This document shows, in pieces, positions 48,361 through 56,654 of a DNA stretch of 64,000 nucleotides; position 1 is the first letter of the stretch; every line of letters begins with the position of its first letter. The notes under the pieces are model-generated. The model was not told the origin of the DNA. It was given only the letters and a program-made list of their open reading frames with translations, and made no database searches. The position numbers and the translations under genes were made by a program. Source of the DNA: an uncultured Solirubrobacterales bacterium (lineage in GTDB: Bacteria; Actinomycetota; Thermoleophilia; Solirubrobacterales; 70-9); contig CAVUMC010000002.1 of the NCBI GenBank assembly GCA_963742535.1, positions 1,683,146 to 1,747,145 of the forward strand. The letters run 5' to 3'.

Positions 48361-49245
48361 ATGGCATCCCTATCAGGCCTCCATCAACGGGCGTTGTCCT
48401 GGTTCAGCCGCCACGCACAGGTAGACCTTCCCTGGGATGCATTGGAGCTTGAGGAGGGGCAAAGGCTTGCTACTGCCGCGAAGGGTATTTATAAGCCGGC
48501 CGGAAGCGACTACGCCCTGAGTGTTTCGCAGCGGATTGGATCCACCTACGACGATGACCTCGTCGAGCTCACTGAAGGTTGGGTGGGGCCGGCGAGATAT
48601 CACCAGGAAGGTCCCACCACCGTCGACGCCCCGTTTCCCTCGTATCCGAATGACGGTCTCATTCAATGCATGAAAGACGGTGTGCCGGTGGGGGTCTTGG
48701 TCCAAGTATCGAAGGCCCCCTCGATCTACACAGTGATCGGTCTGGCTCGGGTGACCGGCTGGGAAGAAGGAAGTTTCTTGCTGGTGCCAACCGACGACGA
48801 TTCCCTACCGGGGAGAGAGCAGCCAGGGAAAACGCCGTGGCATCCGCCTGACCAAAAAGAGCGTGAGCGGGTGAGAGCGAGCGTTGTGCGTCGACGTGGG
48901 CAGGCGGCTTTCCGACGTAAGGTCCTTGCGGCCTACGGGGGTCGCTGCGCAGTGACGGGTACCAACGCACCGCCTGCGCTCGATGCGGCCCACATCTTTC
49001 CGTACAGCGGTCCTGCGTCGGATCACATCGAGAACGGTCTCCTTCTTCGCTCTGACATCCACGCGCTCTTCGATCTCGGTTTGTTTGCAGTCGACTCCGC
49101 ATCGATGCGTTGTTTGCTCGATTCCTCCCTGGCGAAAACCTCCTACGCGGACCTTGAGGGCCGAAAGCTTCGCCTCCCAACCAATAGCGCTAAATGGCCA
49201 TCCCCGCTGGCGCTTGACGGCCATCGCCTTTGGGCGCGGCTCTAG
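48361..49245 (+). CDS. HNH endonuclease (HNH_2 type) with N-terminal SRA/YDG-like domain; putative modification-dependent (type IV) restriction enzyme
   Basis: C-terminus RCAVTG..LDAAHIFPY..ENGLLLRSDIHALFD is the HNH_2 pattern. The N-terminus GIYKPAGSDYALSVSQRIGSTYDDD...YHQEG resembles SRA/YDG-type readers of modified bases. Visibly lower G+C than the flanks. Confidence 0.7.
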   Translation: MASLSGLHQRALSWFSRHAQVDLPWDALELEEGQRLATAAKGIYKPAGSDYALSVSQRIGSTYDDDLVELTEGWVGPARYHQEGPTTVDAPFPSYPNDGLIQCMKDGVPVGVLVQVSKAPSIYTVIGLARVTGWEEGSFLLVPTDDDSLPGREQPGKTPWHPPDQKERERVRASVVRRRGQAAFRRKVLAAYGGRCAVTGTNAPPALDAAHIFPYSGPASDHIENGLLLRSDIHALFDLGLFAVDSASMRCLLDSSLAKTSYADLEGRKLRLPTNSAKWPSPLALDGHRLWARL

Positions 49246-49284
49246 TCGCGAGTGGGGTGTCGAAAGGGCGAGAGCCCGCTTTTG

Positions 49285-49890
49285 TCACTCCGCCCGGCGG
49301 TAGCGGATGTGCGTTGCGAGCGGCGAGTGGAGCACCTCGACCGGCTCGAACTCGAAGGACTCGACTCCGTCGAATATCCGCTCGCCGGACCCGAGCAGGA
49401 CTGGGGCCACGTCGAGCGTGAGTTCGTCGATCACTCCGGCGGCGAGCGCCTGACGGACGGTCGAGGCGCCGCCGGCGATGTCGATGCCGTCCTCGCCTGC
49501 CGTCTCACGCGCCTGCGCGTAGGCGGCCTCGAAGCCCTCGGTGACGAAGTGGAAGCTCGTGCCGCCCTCCATCTCGATCGGCTCGCGGGCGTGGTGGGTG
49601 AGCACGAAGACCGGTGCGTGGTAGGGCGGCTCGGGCCCCCACCATCCATCCCAGTCCTCATCCCACTCGCCGCGGATCGGCCCGAACATGTTGCGGCCCA
49701 TGACGTAGGCCCCGCGCGGTCGCATCAGCCAGCCTTCTGCCCTCGCGTCGGCGTCGTTCGCGCGCTCGTCGCCGAGGTGCCAGGTATGGACCTCCCTGCC
49801 GCGCTTCCCAAGCGGATTTTCGCGGCCCTGATCTGGTCCGGCGACGAAACCGTCGAGCGAGATCGACATATGGCAGGTGGTGTCCGGCAT
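49285..49890 (-). CDS. dihydrofolate-reductase-like (RibD C-terminal domain) protein
   Basis: MSISLDGFVAGPD.., VMGRNMF, GGASTVRQAL.AGVIDEL. Confidence 0.8.
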   Translation of the reverse strand: MPDTTCHMSISLDGFVAGPDQGRENPLGKRGREVHTWHLGDERANDADARAEGWLMRPRGAYVMGRNMFGPIRGEWDEDWDGWWGPEPPYHAPVFVLTHHAREPIEMEGGTSFHFVTEGFEAAYAQARETAGEDGIDIAGGASTVRQALAAGVIDELTLDVAPVLLGSGERIFDGVESFEFEPVEVLHSPLATHIRYRRAE

Positions 49891-49919
49891 CGGGCGCTCC
49901 CAAGACTTGCTTAGTCGGC

Positions 49920-51209
49920 GTGGGTTATCAAGTGCGGATGGGATCCCAGAGACGACACTTGATTTGCCTTGCCGTTGTGACCTGCCTGACCGGGGCTCTT
50001 CTTGCTTCCGCGACTGATGTCAGCGCTGAGCGGGGGGGCAGGCTGGTGCGGGTCAAGGCGCAGATCGGGTCCGAAGAGCGAGCCGTCGCCTACGGCCGTT
50101 CGCGGATGTTGCTGATTCCGCGCGAAGGGCCTGGGATCACCCGAATCAATTTGAACGGGTCAGTTGATCGGTCTTTCGGGGAGGGAGGTACGGCGTCGAT
50201 TGCAAGTGAAGACGCCGTGGTCGCGCCTGACGGCAAGATCCTCGTCGCCACCACCAGCTGTCCGCGCTGCGGAGTTGGGAAGAAAAGCGAGGCGCGGGTC
50301 ACGCGGCTGCTCGCCAACGGGAAGCGCGATCCCTCATTCGGTGTCGCGGGCAGCGTCGACGTCCCCTTTGGTCGGCGCTACGACTATGGACAGGCGGTGG
50401 CGCTGGCGGCAAACGGAGACATCTTGCTCGGCGGCATCCGGGTGAACTACGAGGTGGACCGGGGAGAAAGCAGTTTCACCCTCGCGGTTGCGCGCCTGCG
50501 GCCGGACGGCTCGCTCGACCGCTCGTTCGGCCGAGGCGGCGTGAGCATTCTTCAGGGGGGCGCCGAAATCGGGGTCCTCGACATCGCTCCGACTCCCTCG
50601 GGCGGCGTTGTGATCGAGGGAGGCAACGAAATCGAAACCTTCCTCTGGAAGCTGCGCCGCGACGGCCTGACCGATCGCAGCTTTGGCAAGTCTGGGGTGG
50701 TCGACCCCCGGGCCGGACGCAAGGTCAACGGCGTGCTTGAAGAACTTTCCTACGTTCCCGGCATCGTCGTCTTGCCGAGTGGCAGGCTGCTTTTGGGCGC
50801 GACCGGCTTTCTTTACAAGGGCCGCGGAGGACGATTCCGGGTGGCCGCGACTCGGCTGCGCCGCGACGGCCGACCGGATAGCTCCTACGGTGACCACGGC
50901 TTGGCAGTGGTCACCAAGGGTCCCCGCTGGACCACTGCGAATGGGCTGACGCTGCTCCCCGGCGGCGTCCTCGCCGTCGCCGCCACGTTCCAGAGCGTCA
51001 AGGAATGGAGCGACTTCGGCGTGATCGCCTTCGGCCCCGACGGTCACCCCGAGCGCCGTTTCGGAGCGGGCGGCCGCTGCCGTGCAGGGCTCGGCAAAGG
51101 GAGATACGAAGCCCTTGCTGTCACGGATATCGGCGGCCGTGCGGCAGTCATCGGCGACGGCGGTGCCGAATCGCGGTTGCTCAGTTGCTGGAGGCGGCGC
51201 CGGAGCTAA
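49920..51209 (+). CDS. secreted delta-60-repeat (beta-propeller-like) protein
   Basis: Signal peptide, then at least six repeats about 55-60 aa apart of the form (D/N)G..D.SFG..G (for example DGSLDRSFGRGGV, DGLTDRSFGKSGV, DGRPDSSYGDHGL, DGHPERRFGAGGR). Confidence 0.7.
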   Translation: MGYQVRMGSQRRHLICLAVVTCLTGALLASATDVSAERGGRLVRVKAQIGSEERAVAYGRSRMLLIPREGPGITRINLNGSVDRSFGEGGTASIASEDAVVAPDGKILVATTSCPRCGVGKKSEARVTRLLANGKRDPSFGVAGSVDVPFGRRYDYGQAVALAANGDILLGGIRVNYEVDRGESSFTLAVARLRPDGSLDRSFGRGGVSILQGGAEIGVLDIAPTPSGGVVIEGGNEIETFLWKLRRDGLTDRSFGKSGVVDPRAGRKVNGVLEELSYVPGIVVLPSGRLLLGATGFLYKGRGGRFRVAATRLRRDGRPDSSYGDHGLAVVTKGPRWTTANGLTLLPGGVLAVAATFQSVKEWSDFGVIAFGPDGHPERRFGAGGRCRAGLGKGRYEALAVTDIGGRAAVIGDGGAESRLLSCWRRRRS

Positions 51210-51239
51210 CCCGCGGCGAGACTGCCCGCATCGTGTGAC

Positions 51240-51812
51240 TCAGGTCCGCAGGCCATCGAGGGCGACGCCGAGGATGCGGTCGATTTGGTCGGGGTCGGCG
51301 GTGCGGATGCCGGCGATCCCACTGACCATCTTGGTCACGTCGGCGATGTCGGCATCGGGGCGGACGACGCCGGCTTCTTGGGCTCGCTTGAGGAGGGGCT
51401 CGCCGGCGGCGAAGATGGCGCCTCCGCAGGCAGTGAAGACCTTGGCATCGCGGTCGATGTAGGCGAGCAAGTCCTCGGCCAGGGCGCGCTTGGTGGCGGC
51501 GAAGCCGACGAACTCGTGCAGCCAGCCGCTCAGCGCCTCCCACGGGGGCTGGTCGAGGTAGTCCTCGGCGGCGCGGCAGATGCCTTCGACTCCCTCCAGG
51601 TAGACGGCTTCAAGCAAGTCCTGGCGGGTGGGGAAGTGGCGGTAGAGCGTGCCGATGCCGACGTCGGCGCGGCGCGCCACGTCCTCGAGGGTGGCTGAGG
51701 TGCCCTCCTCGGCGAACGCCTCGCGGGCAGCCTTGACCAACTTGTCGTAATTGCGTCGCGCGTCGGCCCGCTTCGGCCGGGGCGCAAGGGTTGTGACGTC
51801 GGATGCGCTCAT
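51240..51812 (-). CDS. TetR-family transcriptional regulator
   Basis: HTH TLEDVARRADVGIGTLYRHFPTRQDL. Divergent from the MFS gene. Confidence 0.9.
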   Translation of the reverse strand: MSASDVTTLAPRPKRADARRNYDKLVKAAREAFAEEGTSATLEDVARRADVGIGTLYRHFPTRQDLLEAVYLEGVEGICRAAEDYLDQPPWEALSGWLHEFVGFAATKRALAEDLLAYIDRDAKVFTACGGAIFAAGEPLLKRAQEAGVVRPDADIADVTKMVSGIAGIRTADPDQIDRILGVALDGLRT

Positions 51813-51840
51813 GGCTCTTCCTAAATTTCACACATTCGGG

Positions 51841-51918
51841 TTGACAAAACGGAGGCACCCTCCGTATAGTGCTCAAACGAAGCGGAGGCACTCTCCGAAT
51901 TACCCGGAGGCAGCCTCC
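51841..51918 (+). promoter_or_regulatory. MFS-gene promoter with three palindromic TetR-type operator candidates
   Basis: TTGACA (51841-46), N18, TATAGT (51865-70). The operators are ACGGAGG-CAC-CCTCCGT (51849-65, between -35 and -10), CGGAGG-CAC-TCTCCG (51883-97) and CGGAGG-CAG-CCTCC (51905-18). Confidence 0.65.
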
Positions 51919-51958
51919 ATTTTATCACCGCTCCTCCCAGCCCGAAAGGGGTCAATCG

Positions 51959-53359
51959 ATGACGCCCAAGCGCGCCGCCAATTTTGTTCTCGGAATCATC
52001 CTCGCCACCTACCTGATGATCATCCTCGACGTCTCCGTGGTGATCACCGCCCTACCCAACGTTCGCGCAGACCTCGGTTTCTCCGACGCGGCGCTTTCCT
52101 GGGTCCAGAACGCTTACGCGCTCACCTTCGGCGGGCTGCTCCTGCTCGGCGCCCGCGCCGGCGATCTGCTCGGCCGCCGCCGGGTCTTCGTCGCCGGCAT
52201 CGCCCTCTTCACCGCCGCCTCGATGCTCGGCGGGCTCGCCCAGTCACCGACCTGGCTGCTCGGCGCCCGCGCGCTGCAGGGAGTCGGCGCCGCGATCGCG
52301 GCGCCCTCCACTCTCGCTCTACTCACCGTCAGCTTTCCGGAGGGTCGCGAGCGCACCCGTGCCGTCGCCTATTACAGCGCCGTCGCTGGTGCCGGTGGCA
52401 GCGTCGGCCTCGTCCTCGGCGGCATGCTGACGACCTGGGCCTCGTGGCGCTGGGGCCTCTTCATCAACGTTCCGATCGGCCTGGCGCTGATCTGGCTGGC
52501 ACCTCGCCACCTGCCGGAGACCGAGCCTCAGGAGGGCCGCTTCGACTTCGCCGGTGCCGCCACCTCGACTCTAGGTATGACCGCGCTTGTCTTCGGCCTC
52601 GTCCGTGCCGCCGATGTCAGCTGGGGCGACCCGCTGGCGCTTGTCTCCTTCGTCGCAGCCGCGGTACTGCTCTCCCTATTCGTCGCCAACGAGCGGCATG
52701 CCGAGCATCCGATCACCCCGTTGCACCTCTTCTCCAGCCGCATCCGTTCTGGCGCCTACGGTGCCCGCATGCTGGCGGTGGGGGCAATGTTCGGCATGTT
52801 CTTCTTCCTCACCCAGTTCATGCAGGGCGCCGAGGGCTACAGCGCGCTCACCGCGGGCCTCGCCTTCCTACCGATGACGCTCTCGCTGTTCGCGACGGTG
52901 CAGGCGATCCCCCGGATCTCCTCTGAGATCGGTGATTCGCGCCTCTTGGCCGGCGGGCTGCTGCTGGCACTGATCGGCATGACCTGGCTCAGCCGGATCT
53001 CGGTCGGCGCCGACTACTTCACCCAGATGGCGCTGCCGATGGTGCTGCTTGGGATCGGCATGGGCGCGGTCTTCACACCGTTGACCACGGCCGGGATCTC
53101 GGGCGTCGCCGACGAGGACGCCGGCGCCGCCTCCGGCCTGGTCAACACCGCCCACCAGCTCGGCGGGACGCTGGGGATCGGGATCCTGATCTCCGTCTTC
53201 ACTGCGGCCGGCAACGGCGGAGTGAGCCAGCTGGCCGAAGGCGTGCCCGCGGCACTGACCGCCTCGGCGGTGCTGATCGCCCTGGCGCTGGTCGTGGTGG
53301 TGACGGTGATGCGGCCGCAGGAGGAGCCGGCCGTGGCGCTTCAGTCGCGCGGCGCGTAG
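51959..53359 (+). CDS. MFS transporter, DHA2 (EmrB/QacA, 14-TMS) type
   Basis: Start at Met 51959. About 14 hydrophobic segments, with motifs LGRRRVF and the PNV..DLGF region typical of drug:H+ antiporters. Confidence 0.88.
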   Translation: MTPKRAANFVLGIILATYLMIILDVSVVITALPNVRADLGFSDAALSWVQNAYALTFGGLLLLGARAGDLLGRRRVFVAGIALFTAASMLGGLAQSPTWLLGARALQGVGAAIAAPSTLALLTVSFPEGRERTRAVAYYSAVAGAGGSVGLVLGGMLTTWASWRWGLFINVPIGLALIWLAPRHLPETEPQEGRFDFAGAATSTLGMTALVFGLVRAADVSWGDPLALVSFVAAAVLLSLFVANERHAEHPITPLHLFSSRIRSGAYGARMLAVGAMFGMFFFLTQFMQGAEGYSALTAGLAFLPMTLSLFATVQAIPRISSEIGDSRLLAGGLLLALIGMTWLSRISVGADYFTQMALPMVLLGIGMGAVFTPLTTAGISGVADEDAGAASGLVNTAHQLGGTLGIGILISVFTAAGNGGVSQLAEGVPAALTASAVLIALALVVVVTVMRPQEEPAVALQSRGA

Positions 53360-53718
53360 CGGTTGTGGAGCATCAGGGTGTTGCCGTCGGGGTCGTTGAA
53401 GATCGCCATGTGACAGACGCCGCTGTCGATCGTGTCGGCGAGGAAGGAGACGCCCTTGGCCTCGAGCTCGCCGCGGGTGGCTTCGACGTCCTCGACGTGG
53501 AAGGCGGTGGGATGGGTGTTGGGCTCGAACTCGCGGCCGATGGCGGCGGCGTCGACCACCTGCAGGGTGAGGTTGCCGGTCTCGAACTCGCCGCCGGGGA
53601 TTTTGCCGTAGTCGGCTGAGTGCTCCAGGCCGAGGGTCTGGCCGTAGAACTCGACGGCGGCGGGATAGTCAGTGACGAGGACGGTGGCGAAGTCGACGCC
53701 GGTGATGGCGATGCTCAT
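53341..53718 (-). CDS. VOC/glyoxalase-family protein
   Basis: 125 aa with paired beta-alpha-beta-beta-beta modules, FHVEDVEATRGEL.AKGV and MAIFNDPDGN. Confidence 0.75.
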   Translation of the reverse strand: MSIAITGVDFATVLVTDYPAAVEFYGQTLGLEHSADYGKIPGGEFETGNLTLQVVDAAAIGREFEPNTHPTAFHVEDVEATRGELEAKGVSFLADTIDSGVCHMAIFNDPDGNTLMLHNRYAPRD

Positions 53719-53792
53719 GCTCTCCTCCTGGCTTGATCGCGGGCTGTGCTTGGGAGCCTAGTGGGCTCCCCCGGAGAAGACGGCAGCTCCGG

Positions 53793-54728
53793 CTAGGCGC
53801 GATAGCCGGGGAAGAAGCCGTTTGCGTCCTTGCCCGCGGTGAGGCTTCGGTAAGTGGCGGAATCGCAGACCAGCTCCGAGGTGTGCAGGGCCTGCTCGGT
53901 ATTGGCGAATCCCCGCTTAAAGGCTTCCAGCCGATCGCCTTTGGACTTCCCCCCACCAAGGTTCAGAGGCAGGTCCGTGCTTCTGCTGATCTTGATCAAC
54001 AGAGAGACGATGTTCTTCATTGGGGAGTCCTGCAGGTATGCGTCGGCTGTGCCACTCAGGTAGTAGTGGAGAAAGCCATCGCTGCGCACGACGACGGAGC
54101 CGGCGGCTATCGCTTCATTTGGTGCGTACGCAATCGCCAGCCAGGCGAGCGGCGATTTCAGGATGGTGTCGAAGTACCAAGGCTCGTAGCGATAGCGATC
54201 CTTGGCTTCGTTTCGGCGCATGGTCTCGAGATAGAGAGTGTGAAACGCCCCGCGCTGCCTTGGCGAGGATTCGGGGCCGTGAGCGATCTTGACCTTGTAT
54301 CCCCGTTCGGCATTGCGGCTGATCTGCCGCCGGTCCGAAGGCCGGAGCTTCAGTGGCTTCGAGAGGTCTGCGATCTGCACGGTGTTTCGCTCGGTGGTTC
54401 CGGTCAGAGGAGGAGGGCCCAGTGTGTGTCGAAGGAACGCGGTGACCAGGCCGGTCTCGCTGAAGTCGATCGCGGCGTGGTCAAAAGGTGGTCCCGAGCC
54501 CACGGTCGATCCGGGAAAGCCATAGGGGGATATGGCGTCTCGCTGGGGACCCTCGTCGATCGGGTTGACGATAATCGGAAACCACGCCTCCGCGACAGCC
54601 GATTCGAGGTGCAGCGTGTGGGTAACGCCCTCGGCGTCGTAGAAAGGGCGCGATCGAAAGAACTCGTCTGTTTCCGCTGCTCGTCCTGAGTCGTCGAGCA
54701 GCTGGGCCCTGCTTGGCTCACCCTTCAA
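53793..54728 (-). CDS. FemAB-like / GNAT (Acetyltransf_6-type) acyl- or aminoacyl-transferase
   Basis: LRPSDRRQISRNAERGYKV, F..LY.ETMRRN, YYLSGT and a C-terminal LGGG...L.AFKRGFA match the FemAB-like pattern as I recall it. Lower G+C than the backbone. Confidence 0.6.
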   Translation of the reverse strand: MKGEPSRAQLLDDSGRAAETDEFFRSRPFYDAEGVTHTLHLESAVAEAWFPIIVNPIDEGPQRDAISPYGFPGSTVGSGPPFDHAAIDFSETGLVTAFLRHTLGPPPLTGTTERNTVQIADLSKPLKLRPSDRRQISRNAERGYKVKIAHGPESSPRQRGAFHTLYLETMRRNEAKDRYRYEPWYFDTILKSPLAWLAIAYAPNEAIAAGSVVVRSDGFLHYYLSGTADAYLQDSPMKNIVSLLIKISRSTDLPLNLGGGKSKGDRLEAFKRGFANTEQALHTSELVCDSATYRSLTAGKDANGFFPGYRA

Positions 54729-54859
54729 GGGCGCTCCCGTCCAGGTAATCCCGCTCCCGTCATCCTCCCATCCTATGCAATACGGAAAACTAACTTCGAG
54801 TATTTATGATCAAGCATTTTCAACCGTAAAAAAGAGTTGCTTAGCGGCGTTAGAGTGCT

Positions 54860-56416
54860 GTGAAACCTCAAATGATGCGCTCGCCCAGTGCCCCCAGCCA
54901 CCCTCAAAGAGGGGGGATGAGAATGGACAGAGACGACGCCTCGTCGCGCTTTGCCATGCTCGAAGCGACGCTCTTGAGGAACAAGTCCGAGTCCGGCAGC
55001 TGGCCACATTGGCTGGACGTGGAGGATGCGTCGACGTCGCTGGTTGGAACCGCCCATGGCCTCGCGATGCTGCGGATGCGCGGCTATGAGTTTCACGAAC
55101 CGGACGTTCAAAAACCGCTGCTCTACTTGGCACGTCAAGTTCGGGTCCACACGAGGCGCGACCAGCGCGGAGAGTACTCCCGCTATCCGGCTTACGCGCT
55201 CTGGGGACTGATGAGATATCCCGGTGCCCTCGCTGAGAAAGAGATATTCGAGGGAGCTAAGTTCTCCGCCAACTGGCTGATCAGGAAAGCGCGCCCTTCG
55301 GGTGGGTGGTCGGTCAAGGGACATTCGGACGAGGAGCGCCTGCTCTCTCTGCCGGCGACGATGCCGGCGGTGCTCGGTCTGGATCGATTCGCGCCCTACG
55401 CCCGTGGCGACCTTGGGCGCAAGTGCATCCAGTGCTCACGCGACGCCCGCGCGGCGATCGCCGCCGCCGCTGTCGGAAGCGGCGAGTGGCGATTCTGGCG
55501 GCAGCTGCCGGGTGGGGAAGCCTGCCCTGGGGCGACCAGCCTTGCGGTCCTGACCTTGGCGGGAGGAACCAAGGAGGAGCGGGATCTCGCCGGGCTGGGA
55601 ATCAACTACCTTCTTGCGAACCCCGACGACTGGACTACGCAGGTCCATGACGATCAGCAGCTCAAGCAGCTGATCTGGCGCATCATGACCTTCAGCGTCG
55701 GGCTTCGTGCTGTGCTTCATCCATGCGCCCGTCAGAAGGTGAATGACGATGTTGTGCGTGCGGTCGTCGCGCACATGGACTCCCTTTGGTCAGAGGAGGG
55801 CGAGGGGTGGGCCTTCGTCCAGGGGGGCATCCCGACGACCACCGGAAGCTACGCTGTCGCCGCGGCGGTAAGGGCTCTCAAGAACGCCTCAGAGTTCGAC
55901 CCGTTTGCTCAGTACCTGGGGAAAAAACGCTTTCGGCCCACCGCTGCCAGGAAGGTCAAAGGGTCACGAAATGGTGGAATGGGAGCACAGAAGTCTCGCC
56001 GGATCGACGTATGGGAGGCAGAGCGGAAGATCACGATCAAGGTTGAGAATCCTCCCGGCCAGGAGTTCAGCGCAAAATGGGACGCTCGTGCAAAGTCACA
56101 ATGGGCGACCCTCATGGCCCTGCTCAAACGCCAGGTGCACGCGCAGGAAGTTCGGCGCCAGAAGGCCGCAAAAGAGAATGACAGACAAAGTGACGCCACA
56201 CTTTCGGTGGCCGCGCTGATGGAGTATTCCCAGGGAAAGGCCGCCAACGCAAAGTCGGTTGAAAGAACGATCAAACGCATAAACGCAAAGGTGGCAGAGA
56301 CTGCCTGGGAAGCCAAACTTCACTTCCAGTACCTGATCGAGCCGATGGCGGTGGGTGACTCAGAGGTCGACATGGAGTATGGAATGGAAGAGACCGAGGT
56401 CGTGTTTCACTCTTAG
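54860..56416 (+). CDS. prenyltransferase/squalene-cyclase-like alpha/alpha-toroid repeat protein with uncharacterised basic C-terminal domain
   Basis: Four GxW-type repeat cores (SGSWPHW, PSGGWSV, SGEWRFW, GEGWAFV) are each followed by a small-residue helix (TAHGLAMLRM, PAVLGLDR, TSLAVLTLAG, SYAVAAAVRAL). The C-terminal roughly 180 aa are Lys/Arg/Glu-rich with no motif I recognise. The likely real start is ATG 54917 or 54923, just after GAGGGGGG. Confidence 0.6.
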   Translation: MKPQMMRSPSAPSHPQRGGMRMDRDDASSRFAMLEATLLRNKSESGSWPHWLDVEDASTSLVGTAHGLAMLRMRGYEFHEPDVQKPLLYLARQVRVHTRRDQRGEYSRYPAYALWGLMRYPGALAEKEIFEGAKFSANWLIRKARPSGGWSVKGHSDEERLLSLPATMPAVLGLDRFAPYARGDLGRKCIQCSRDARAAIAAAAVGSGEWRFWRQLPGGEACPGATSLAVLTLAGGTKEERDLAGLGINYLLANPDDWTTQVHDDQQLKQLIWRIMTFSVGLRAVLHPCARQKVNDDVVRAVVAHMDSLWSEEGEGWAFVQGGIPTTTGSYAVAAAVRALKNASEFDPFAQYLGKKRFRPTAARKVKGSRNGGMGAQKSRRIDVWEAERKITIKVENPPGQEFSAKWDARAKSQWATLMALLKRQVHAQEVRRQKAAKENDRQSDATLSVAALMEYSQGKAANAKSVERTIKRINAKVAETAWEAKLHFQYLIEPMAVGDSEVDMEYGMEETEVVFHS

Positions 56417-56436
56417 CGCATCTCTGGTCGGCCCAC

Positions 56437-56527
56437 GGGACAGATCCTCCATCCATTTCGGGACAGGTGAAGGGTTGCGGTGGGACAGTTGATGCCGCGC
56501 GCGGACAGGTGAGAAAAAGACAGGTGA
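56437..56527 (+). repeat. array of five direct repeats, consensus GGGACAG(G)TGA
   Basis: The copies are GGGACAGATCC (56437), GGGACAGGTGA (56460), GGGACAGTTGA (56482), CGGACAGGTGA (56502) and AAGACAGGTGA (56517), at spacings of 23, 22, 20 and 15 nt. They lie in the non-coding spacer after the toroid-protein gene. Confidence 0.8.
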
Positions 56528-56588
56528 CCACCAGTGACGGCTTGCTGCCTGTGGTACTGATTGCCTATCGCCTGAAAAGTTGAATACA

Positions 56589-56617
56589 CGCCGGCCGTCG
56601 TGAGGCGACGACCGGCG
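56589..56617 (+). other. GC-rich stem-loop flanked by GTTGAAT direct repeats
   Basis: CGCCGGCCGTCG-TGAGG-CGACGACCGGCG is a 12-bp stem with one mismatch. GTTGAAT occurs at 56579-85 and 56620-26. No U-tract follows. Confidence 0.5.
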
Positions 56618-56654
56618 CCGTTGAATCCAAGAAGCTCTCTGAAGGGAGGCTCCC

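Noticed and set aside
35960-49300. Looked for integrase genes or a direct repeat of the tRNA-Val or tRNA-Asp 3' end that would delimit an integrated element
   Set aside because: No tyrosine- or serine-recombinase-like ORF and no obvious repeat of the tRNA 3' halves were seen by eye. A computational repeat search would be needed to exclude short att sites.
53752-53770. Hairpin GGGAGCC-TAGTG-GGCTCCC downstream of the FemAB-like gene
   Set aside because: The stem is only 7 bp with no U-tract. It is a plausible terminator, but the evidence is not strong enough to list as a feature.
56437-56527. Possibility that the five direct repeats are a small CRISPR array
   Set aside because: The repeats are only about 11 nt long, with 4-12 nt between them. 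There are no cas genes in the window, and the spacing and length are incompatible with CRISPR.
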